Notes under the pieces: model-generated
Told to the model about the DNA's origin: nothing
What the model saw: only the letters and a program-made list of their open reading frames with translations
Databases searched by the model: none
Position numbers and translations under genes: made by a program
In this document: positions 25,806-35,879 of the stretch, one piece after another
Layout: each line of letters starts with the position of its first letter
Position numbering within the stretch: the stretch's first letter is position 1
Assembly (NCBI GenBank): GCA_964252035.1
Contig: OZ176208.1
Reading direction: 5' to 3' (one strand)
From: Podarcis erhardii
Lineage: Eukaryota
DNA length: 64,000 nucleotides

Positions 25806-27689
25806 CTAGGGAAAATAGATTGCAAGAGACAAGTTCAAAGGTAATGGTTTCTAAAATGTTAAGAGTACTTTGTCCAACCTGCCCTGCTGTCTAGAATACC
25901 TTAGTCCCAAGTGTAAGGGATGCTATAGATTTGCCATCCTCAAATGTAGCAGAAACTATGAAGTCAGACCTTTAACTTCATGAGATCGATTAATAACCCC
26001 CATTAAAGCTCATTATTATTAACTTCTTTTTGCTTTTATGGCACATACATATTTTTCTAAATTAGTTTTCCAGCTAAATAATAATAAATGCAGAAGTTGA
26101 ACTTCTACAGGTTCTCTGATTTTGGAACTGTTCACTATCACAAGAGGTACCATAAGCAATTTTTCTGTTATCACTGCAGATAAAGTGCTTTATGCAATGA
26201 ATATCCAAATGTGCCTTATGATCATTTCTGCTACACTAAGTGGTTGAATAAGCCAGGATGATATATTCTGTTATAATTCTTGCCTTAGGAAAGTGCATGA
26301 TTAATTGATAAAATATGAATTAATGCCTATCAAAGAAATCTCATATCTCTATCCTTCTCCTATTGCCCTAAATAAAAGCTAAATCTGACTTGACATTTAT
26401 TTTAAGGAAATTCCTAATTTCCATCTTGAGGGCATATAAAAAGTAAATGATGAAAGGAAAATGCCTTTTTAACAGTTGCTTCTACAATTAAAATAAGCAG
26501 CTATTTTCCCCTTTTAATCATAATATTATTGCCAAGCATAATAAAGTAAAATAAAATATGTGATTCCTTCCACCTGACAGTCATGTCCTCACCCTTTCAC
26601 AACATGCAAGTTTTTAACTGAACACACCACACTTGTGCAATGTCCAGTTTTTATCACCCAGGGTTGTTGATGAACTATTTTGGTTCTAGAAATGAATGTA
26701 TTCTCTTTTATACTGGAATGTTTAAAATCACAGCTTTTTATATTCTTGGATACAACTGCAGCTGAGATTCTCTCTCTGTCTAACTACCAACTGCAACTGC
26801 TGAGGCCGTCATAGGGAGAAGCAGCAGCAGTAAGGCACTCCTCTCTCTCTCTGTTATGAATATGAATCTAAATTATCCTGTATTTAATACAAACTAATTA
26901 CATTTTGTAAGCCACATTGGGCGGGCTCTACCTTGAAATACAGCATTTAAGAACAAAGAAAGAAATGAATAAATATTCATATATTTCAAATTAATATTCT
27001 TTCATTTAAAATTCATAAGAATGTGATCTTTACTAAGAAGTGTTGCAAATAGGTTCATTAACCACAAACACTGGATATTCATTTTGATTTTTTGACAGAT
27101 CAATGAGGCCGCGCTTGAGACACTGAAGTTATATTACAGCCACAAGTTTACATTACTTAATGTTCTCATATTTATGGCGCATAATGGCTTTGTTCAGCTG
27201 CAATACAGTTTAGTGCTATGTGAGTGAGCCTCAGGCTGGCCAGCTCACCTCTCCATATTCCTCCTTTGGCACAGCGATGGGTAGGAGTGCAGAAGCAGTC
27301 ACTTCCATTTTAAACTAACTTAAGGTTTTAGCTAACTGATCAACCCCAGTTGGTAGTTGTCCAAACCTGGATAAACCTTGGCTGTTCTTTTTATGGTTTA
27401 GTAAACAACTTCATACTGTGGTTTATTATTGTTGTTGTTACGCTTGTTATATTAATTGCCTTCTAAATTTACAGTTTCAAGGTGATTTAAATGTAAAATA
27501 ATTCTTTAAAAAATTAAAACACAAACATATTTAAAACAGGATGAAAACCCTAACAAGTAGTCAGTTGTTAAGACCTATTTATCCAGATGGGATAAATAGC
27601 CTGTTGATCTTTCCCAAACCCATAGATCAGGCATAGATCTCCACATCTATGGTGTGCGAGTGGCAAGGACTCCTTTCTCAGGCTCCCTC

Positions 27690-28760
27690 TGCCTTTGCTG
27701 GCATGGGTGAGCTACCTCTTTCTGGGGGGAGAAAGACATAGCCCGCTCACACCCCCCCCCCAAGATGGAGGGAGCCCTGGGACAGAGCTTGACAGGCTCC
27801 TTTCCAAGGCTCCCTCCACCTTAGCTGGTGTGGGGAAGGTGGGCAAGCTACCTCTTTCTTCTGGGAGAAAGAGATAGCCCATTCGCCCTCCACTTCCAGA
27901 AGATGGACTAGGTGGTAGTAGCCAAGAGCACCGAACCTGTCAGGCTCCATGCATCTGACTGCCTTCACCCGAGCGGGCAGGTTGCCTCTTTCCTCATGGG
28001 GTGGTTGTATTCCCTCAGAAGAAAGATGCAGCCCACCCTCCCAGGTGAAGGCAGCCAGGCAGTAGCCAAGTGTATGCTTTGCCCCAGCACCACCATCGGG
28101 CTGCCTCTGCACCACTTCACAAGGTGTACGGTGCAAGCCACCCTATCTAGCCTTGCAGAACAGGGCTGCTTGATGCTGCTGGTGAGCGTTGGGCCTGGTA
28201 TCAGCATCAGGGAGCCTCTGTACCACAAGGCTGCCTTCACCTGGGTGGCTGGGCTCCATCTTTCCTCCTGGGGTCTATCACTCACAAAGCTGTTTTCCTC
28301 AGCCACACCCAACTGTCCCACAGCTGACACCATATGACAGCAGGTGTGAAGAATGTCAAGCTGCGGCTGCAAAGACACACCAGAGTAGTGTACTCCTGGT
28401 GCGGGACTTACATTTGTTGTGTCAAATGCAAGCTCTGCTTTGTTCCACTTAGGAGCTATTCATGTAAATTTAGTGCTGATTGTGCCTTGTTGGCGATTGG
28501 CTCCACTTAGAACTCCCAACTGGAACTTCCGAATGAAGTCATCTCTTCCAAGAGTGGCACTTGCATTTGCACTGAATTTAAATCCACCGCCAAATGCAAG
28601 AATCACTCTTGGCAGGAATCTTTGCAGCTTGAATTCAAGCTGAGACTGCAAAGGAAAAAAACACGTTCCTTTGCAAGCATAGCTTGAATTCATCCTGAGA
28701 CCACAAAGAAGGAAGTGGATGCTCTTATGAGTGGCTCCTGATTCCTCTGCCATGGGTTCA
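27690..28760. repeat. GC-rich modular region of direct and inverted repeats, probably an unclassified DNA-transposon relic
   Basis: 35-bp direct repeat (27710-27744 / 27846-27880), 38-bp inverted repeat (28019-28056 / 28229-28266), and hairpins at 28548-28612 and 28625-28642. Confidence 0.5.
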
Positions 28761-28782
28761 AAGTTAGGTCACTTGATGTGAT

Positions 28783-28826
28783 GTGTCGTGTCGTGTCGTG
28801 TCGTGTCGTGTCGTGTCGTGTCGTGT
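28783..28826. repeat. (GTGTC)n CpG-containing microsatellite, 8+ units
   Basis: Read directly. Confidence 0.97.
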
Positions 28827-29061
28827 GAGTGGCAGGTGGGTGATCCTGACCACCTGTCAAAAGTGGCCTGTGGAGGGTAGGGGAATTCTGGATCCAACCC
28901 ACTGGCCAGCTTTGTCATAGAGTAACCACGTATTCTGATCTCTTCCACACAGCTGTGCTGGAGAAGAAAGGAAAACACACCAATAATAATTCAGCATTAC
29001 ATCTGAGCCTGTCATATATTTGCATATTAATCTAACAGGTAATTCATATTTTATTTTCTAC

Positions 29062-29220
29062 CTGGCAATCATCCACTTTGGTTCTCATTACTCCTTTCAT
29101 GTATTCTTTGTCCATGGTAGGGGAAACACCAAAACTGTTTCCCATGCATAATATTTCTGATCTTCCTTCAGGATGGGTTACTTCCACAGAACCATTCAAA
29201 ATAACGGACCAGGAGTCCAG
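29062..29220 (-). CDS. RAPGEF2: Exon [14 protein letters not shown]...KVDDCQ, cNMP-binding domain (159 nt)
   Basis: Acceptor catttttag, donor CAG|gtagaa, phase 0-0; read manually. Confidence 0.96.
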
Positions 29221-29707
29221 CTAAAAATGAAACATAGAGTTTGAGACATACAAACATAGGAAAACCATTTCACCTTTTTAGGGAACATTGTGTGAATTTG
29301 TTTTTCAATAAAAGGGAAATGAAAAAAGCGGGAAAGTACACGTATACATAATAAAAAACCACTTCAAAATCCTGCAATTTTACCAACATAAACTTTACAC
29401 ATGTACAGAGGTTAAAGGAGATGCAGACATATCTACTGGATATGCTGCCTTATTTATCAGCTACTTTTAAGGCAAAGAAGATTAAACATTGTATTTGCTT
29501 CTGCTATAAGCAGTATGGAACAGGACAGCTAACCTTTTCAGACCCATGGGTCACATTTGAGCTTGCCAAACCATCCGAGGGCTGCGTGACACATGGCTCC
29601 TGATCTCTCAAGCTCTTTCTTACACTTGCTTGCTCTACTCTCTCTTCAGGATCTGCATACAGACAGGTACACTTCGAGCACACTTTCCCCATGCCTACAA
29701 CACTCAA

Positions 29708-29920
29708 TGATATCACACACCAAACGCTGCTATCACACACCCAACGCTGCTATCACACACCCAACGCTGATATCGCACACCCAACGCTGATATCGCACAC
29801 CCAACGCTGATATCGCACACCCAACACTGATTTCGCACACCCAACACTGATATCACACACCCAACGCTGATATCACACACCCAACACTGATATTACACAC
29901 CCAACACTAATATCACACGA
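29708..29920. repeat. 20-bp minisatellite (TATCRCACACCCAACRCTGA), about 10.5 units
   Basis: Units start every 20 bp from 29711 to 29911. Confidence 0.95.
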
Positions 29921-30337
29921 CCAAACCAGACAGCACTCTATCGCTTTCACTCCTGACTCTCCTCAACTCCTCTGTTCAAAAGATGCTCTAAGCCAAGCTG
30001 GCAGTTTTAGAACATGGAGGGTGAGGCAGTTAGCAGTTATAGATCACTGCAGTTGCTGCAACTAATTAGCATCTGATGTTATCTGTCAAACGCTGATATC
30101 GCACACCCAGTGCTGATATCACACACCCAACGCTGATATCACACACCCAACACTAATATCACACAACCAAACCAGACAGCACTCTATCGCTTTCACTCCT
30201 GACTCTCCTCAACTCCTCTGATCAAAAGATGCTCTAAGCCAAGCTGGCAGTTTTAGAACACGGAGGGTGGGGCAGTTGGCAGTTATAGATCACTGCAGTT
30301 GCTGCAACTAATTTGCATCTGATGTTATCTGTCAAAC
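29846..30337. repeat. 246-bp tandem duplication (29846-30091 / 30092-30337)
   Basis: ccaaaccagacagc at 29921 and 30167; both copies end atctgtcaaac. Confidence 0.95.
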
Positions 30338-30636
30338 TGAAGCCTTGTGGTTGTAAGGAAGGGCTTGCAAATACAGGAACATAGGAAACTGCATACATTT
30401 AATACCATTTTTCACTGGCATAACATTCAGGCTACATTATACCCATCTGTGATCTACTACAAATGTGAAAGTGAACTGAAGTCTAAGTCCAAGCTACATT
30501 AAGAATATTCTGTTCAGCAAATGGTTATCTGTAAGCACCAGTGCAAAAATATTTTATCGGGGGGGGGGGGTTTAAGAACATAAAAAAGAAGTTTTAGATG
30601 TCTCAGGAAGGACCACTGAATTATGCAACTACTTAC

Positions 30637-30773
30637 CTCTTCTCCATCATTTAGAACTATGGTCCCCGCCCTTTCTACAACTGCAAACACCATCACAGCA
30701 CAGAGTTCTCTCCTCACTGACATTGTCATATTAGCAAAAGCGGGTAACTGATGCATGAATTCCAGGAGTTGTT
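30637..30773 (-). CDS. RAPGEF2: Exon [13 protein letters not shown]...NDGEE, start of cNMP-binding domain (137 nt)
   Basis: Acceptor tctttag, donor GAG|gtaagt, phase 1-0. Confidence 0.97.
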
Positions 30774-31098
30774 CTAAAGAATAATGAACTCACTGAGTTA
30801 AACATGTATAAGCAATGACAACTACTTGATAATGAGATTTTAGGAATATGCCATGGGATTCTAAGCTTGTATTATTCCACAATGTGTTGTGTACTGTATT
30901 TTCATTATATTCTACAGGTTTAACAAGTCATAAATCATACTACGTTTCAAGCATTTTACAACTTCCTTTTGTTTATTATATTAAAAATCTTTTTTTGTTA
31001 AAGTGTCATTTAGTAATATTTTGGAAAACAAAAGACATGTTAAAGAAACTGCAAATGCCACTAACATCTTCCTCTGCTGGGTTTCCATGGTAGCTTAC

Positions 31099-31276
31099 CA
31101 ATATCATCATCTGTCCTGTCTATTGGGTCTTTCTCCAGGCAGTCTCTAACAATATCCCTGCTCATTAGAGGATCAGAAGCCCTCTCAATATCCTCTTCAT
31201 CATCATCATCCTCAGAATCCACTGCTGTCTCTGGTAACCCACTCAGATCCATATCGCCAGCTTCACTCTCTGTGGC
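31099..31276 (-). CDS. RAPGEF2: Exon [17 protein letters not shown]...DDDI (178 nt)
   Basis: Acceptor catttcag, donor G|gtaagc, phase 0-1; overlaps ORF 31061-31252. Confidence 0.97.
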
Positions 31277-32020
31277 CTGAAATGATCATTGAGAAAAAAA
31301 ACATTCAGAGGCCTCTTATAATACTAAACACAACTCAAAACATGAACATGAAGCGAATTTAATATTTACTCCACAGACAAGCCAAGGTTCATCTTTTCTC
31401 AGCACTTTTCCATTACCTGTGGGAAGTATATAACAGGAATTCACTGTATTTTGGGTAAAGTAGACACACCTGGAACATACTTAAATCGAAAGCAAGATTA
31501 ATATATTTGTGGGTGCTGCTTAGTCCCATTTTCAAACCCATCTAAAGTATTACATGTTCGCGATGAAACCTAGAACACTGACATCAATTAATCACTCACT
31601 TCAGTCATGAACTCAGCAGGTGAGCACCACCAAAGGCAAAGCAGAGCTACCAAGAAGCAAATGGGATGCTTCAGCATGCTTTGGGGAGCTCTATGTTTTG
31701 TAGAAGTACAGATAATTTTCAAGAACAGAAACCTAAGAGCCTCTACCCCTACTCCATGCAAAGGAACAGCTCCATGAGGACTTGGCATCCTCACTGTCCA
31801 CAGAATAATGTCTGATTGGGGCAGAAAAATTGGGGTGCTGCTGGAATGCAATAGGGTATCCTACAATAGGACATGGATGGAACCGTGAATAGAAAAACTC
31901 CACGCTGCAGCATCTGGATGCAGGTCACATTTGTATCGTAAAATTGCAAACAGCCAGTCTATCAGATATGGGAGTTAACTTCCAGACACTGTATGTGTAC
32001 CAGAGAGGAAGAACACTATC

Positions 32021-33872
32021 GGACTTCCGGGATAGCGCGAACGGGTAATGGCGGATTCCCTCCGAGCTCTGGAGGGAATCGGCTCCGCTAAGGACGGGTC
32101 TTGCCGTGCCGGCGACACGGGGACCCTTAGAAACCGCAGGCGCTGAAGCCTGCGGACATGGAGACTCGGTGGGCACCTTAAGCGCCCTCCCCGACCCGCG
32201 AAGAGCCTTTTTAAAGGCTACGGAGGGGACCGGAGAGTGGCGTGGAGCTGAGAGTCGATCGCTGCCTTGGCGGAGCGAAGCCGCGAGCCATGACCGGAGA
32301 GCGCTATCTTTCTTCCTGAAATTTGGACTGAAAAAACAACTCGTGAGTAGAAGGAAATTTTGGCACTAAAAGTTTTATCATTGAATTTGAGTACGAGCGG
32401 GGGATGTGTTAAAAAGGAAGTCCACACTCCCCCCCCCCCACCAAAAGACTTAAAGCAAGGAGAGGAGCACTAAGTCGGAAAGACTCTGGTGTTGAAAGGA
32501 GAAAGAACACTTTCATAAATTGGTTGAAAAAGTTACTTGTGCTGGAGTGAAGAGAGGGGAATCCCAGAGGTTTTGCTTTTGGCGGACCCCCCCCCGAACC
32601 CGGGCAGTGCCCTGCTTGGGAACCCGAGAGAAAAAACAAGGTGTTTGACAGCTGTCAAAAGAGCTGTCAAACGGACGTCAGCTTGGAAATTGAGTTAAAA
32701 CTGTGTTATAACTATATTGTTGGGACTAAAAGTGTTACATTAAATTGACTGGAAACAAACTAATTCTGAATAACAAAGTAACGAACTGTTGGAAAAGAAC
32801 TATGATGGAAATCCCCCTGGAGGGAACTAAAGACATTGCAATGGCTGCGGAAGGAAAATTACTGGCAGAGATAAAAAAAATGTTTTCCCTGGTGGGAGCT
32901 CTGCAAGAGCAGAGCTTAGCCATGAGAGATCAACTGATGACCTTCAATCTTAAACTAAACAAATCTGTTGGTGGAGCTAACCGGATGGAAAAAGAATCTG
33001 CAGCTGCAGAAAAAGAGACAACTTCAGAACTGGGGGAAAAAGAAGAAAAAGAAGAAGGAGTTCAGGAGGAAGAGAGCAATCAAATATCTGTAACTTTTGG
33101 GAGGAAAAGAAGTGAAAAAGACAACAAATGGATCACAAATCTGCAAAGAGAGAGAAAGATGGAAGTCCCTGGAACAACTGAAACATTAAGCTACGAAAGA
33201 ACGAATAAGTATGATGGAGACTTCTTCTTTAAGCTGCAACATGGGAGATCTGTTGATCCTGGACAAAGACTGTTTTTGTTTGAAAAATATGAGGAACTGG
33301 TGACAGAATTCCTTCGAGAAGAGAAGATCAATAAAAAGGACTATAAACAAAATTGCTGGAGAGTGATTAACGGGGGCCTAAGGGCCTCTGATGTGAGAAA
33401 TCCGGGTTAAATCTGTTTTTTTTTCTTTGGGATATTAATGTGGGAAGGGGCAAATACCGGGACAGAGGGGGAGGGGAGTGTAGAGTGGTAAAAGTCTGGG
33501 GTTTAGAATAGAAATATTATTGTTTTTTGATTTAATATAAAGAGCAAGGAATTTGTGGGAGAGAAATTAGGCCGACCTTAGAGAAACAATTTAATATGTA
33601 TAATGGGATTTAAAGTAAAAATGGATAAAGGATAAATTATAAGAAAAGATATGAATAATATTTAAGAGATTTGAACAAATAACTTGCTGAGATATTTAAT
33701 GAAATGGGAAGGTGGCTGGGGGGGTGGGGGGAAGTCACTGAAAGAGGGTAATGATTGTAAGGGTATGAAACTACAGATATTCTGTTTTGTGTTTTGTGTT
33801 TATGATATATGTTTGTGTTTGTTTAAAAAAATTTTTGAAAATCCAATAAAAATATTTTTTAAAAAAAAAAAA
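32021..33872 (+). mobile_element. 1852-bp non-autonomous L1-like retroelement (ORF1-like only), antisense to RAPGEF2
   Basis: Perfect 15-bp TSD aggaagaacactatc (32006-32020 and 33873-33887), AATAAA at 33845, poly(A) tail, CpG-rich 5' end and a single long ORF. The L1 assignment is inferred from architecture. Confidence 0.85.
32802..33410 (+). CDS. 202-aa ORF of the retroelement, coiled-coil and charge-rich, ORF1p-like
   Basis: First ATG at 32802 within ORF 32745-33410; leucine/methionine heptad pattern (LLAEIKKMFSLVGALQEQSLAMRDQLMTFNLKL) followed by an E/K-rich tract. Homology not verified. Confidence 0.5.
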   Translation: MMEIPLEGTKDIAMAAEGKLLAEIKKMFSLVGALQEQSLAMRDQLMTFNLKLNKSVGGANRMEKESAAAEKETTSELGEKEEKEEGVQEEESNQISVTFGRKRSEKDNKWITNLQRERKMEVPGTTETLSYERTNKYDGDFFFKLQHGRSVDPGQRLFLFEKYEELVTEFLREEKINKKDYKQNCWRVINGGLRASDVRNPG

Positions 33873-35879
33873 AGGAAGAACACTATCTCCCAATTCTAAT
33901 CTGCTCTATCAATCATATGGAAATCAGAAAATCCAGCCAACACATGGTTTAAGGTCATTAATAGGTACCCAGAGGTGAATATATTTTATTGTTTCAGTTC
34001 TAAGATGAAACACTTAATAAATCCCAAACATATTTGCCTGCCGTCTGAAATAAAGCTGCTTTTTCTGCAGAAGTAGATTTAATGCCACAGCATCTGCTAA
34101 GCTTCAACTGTTATGATTTGAAGGAGATGAAGTCTATTGAGAATGCTCTGTAAACCATTGCTTTCCAAACTGATGTTTACTAGACTTGGGGCTAAAATAT
34201 TAAAGGTCAGATAGCAGTAGAAAAGGTCAAGTATGTTTTTTTTAAAAAATGTTAATTTGAGATATGAGATTATATGAGATGCACATGCTAGACTTTCCAC
34301 AGATATTCTATCCTTATAGAATTTTATCACTTGTGTTAAGTTTGGCTGAATATGATGAAGTTTCTCTTTTTTACTTTTTTTGGGTGTATGAGTATACTTA
34401 ATCAATTGATTAAAAGCTACCTCCACAGGGTGGCCAGGTTATATGGACAGCTGATGATAATGCCATTAGGTCAGACCATGCATCAAAGTCCAATAAAAAG
34501 TTATAACCACCATATGGATGCTTAATTATTCAAAAGTGGTTCATGGCAGCCTCTACATAAAGACCACATTTTTAAAACTTGCACCTTAACATCCATTTAT
34601 TATTTTTTCAATAGGTAAGAAACAAAGAAGGTAAGTGCCCCTTAAATTAGTGTGGCCAGGCATCGTGGTGTGCTGGTGTACTGACGGCTCCTAACATCCA
34701 AATTGAAGTCTAAATCATGAGGTATGATGACTGCAGCCTTTGGGCAATGTGGGGAAGGTATTGGATGTTTGGTTACCTAGTATTATCCATCCGATCGCCA
34801 CTGTCAGTATTTTTGAAGATACAATGTAGCATTAAAGGCCAGGAATTTGTTACAGACGTGAAATTTGGGATAGCACAACATTCCAAGAAAAGCTTGAATG
34901 CTGCACAATACTACTGTTTTGCAGGGCAGAGAGCAAACTGCTTACCCTTACCCTGCAAAAGTATTAGAATTTTTCAGTATATTCAAAGGGACCTCAATGA
35001 CCTCTTACAAATAATGATTGTAGGATATTTCATATTGGCAAGTAATTCTTGTTTTAAATGGATTTGTCTTTTATGTATAACACATGACATACAATTTTAG
35101 AAACAAACATAAATATTTAAACAGGAATATTCTCAGATTATTGCCGAAAGCATCTCAAGATTCAGCTTCATGATTTATTCAACTCAAAAGGACGTCTATG
35201 AATATATTTTCATTGCATAGTTGCTCTTAAACCTGCAGTATTAAATACTCCATATGAAGCAAATACCGGAAAGAGTTAACTGAGCACACAACACCATAAG
35301 TAATATTTGCAGCTACTTTTTTTTTTTACTCCATAATCAAAAATAAGGTGAACCATTACTTCTGGGTGTCATTTGTGAATGTCTCCATAAGAAGGTGCCC
35401 AAGCAACTAAAGAAAGAAACCACACTCACCAAACCCACAGTGTAGTCAGTAACATTAATATTTACATAATTTACCATTTTAAAAAGAGTAAGTATAATAT
35501 ATATGGATATCAACCTTCTGAGAACTACAAAAGTCTCTTATCTTCCACAATTCATTTTCTAGTTCATTTATTTGTGTCTACTAGACAATGTTAAATAACA
35601 AATGATGGATAGTAGTTTTTATTAAGCGCTTGTTCAATTCAATAAAGTAACATACTCATCTATTTCCCAACCTATAAACAAAGTCACATGCAACAATGTG
35701 AAAACAGAAAGTAGTCTCTAGTACAGCACCACAGAACAAAACATTACAAAGCAAAATATGCATTTTAATTTCTATTGATCACGTCATAAACAATTACTAA
35801 TTCCACATAAGCATAATACCAGCTCTCACAAATACTTTACTGCCCCCTCCTGACACTGTTGTTGCCCTTTCCTTTCAAA

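Noticed and set aside
29708-29920. Regularly spaced repeats resembling a CRISPR array
   Set aside because: Units are head to tail with no unique spacers, the context is a vertebrate intron and there are no cas genes. It is a minisatellite.
35424-35520. Consensus donor TTG|gtgagt with a possible 88-nt exon
   Set aside because: The acceptor is poor, the sequence is AT-rich with stops, and the phase is incompatible; likely chance.
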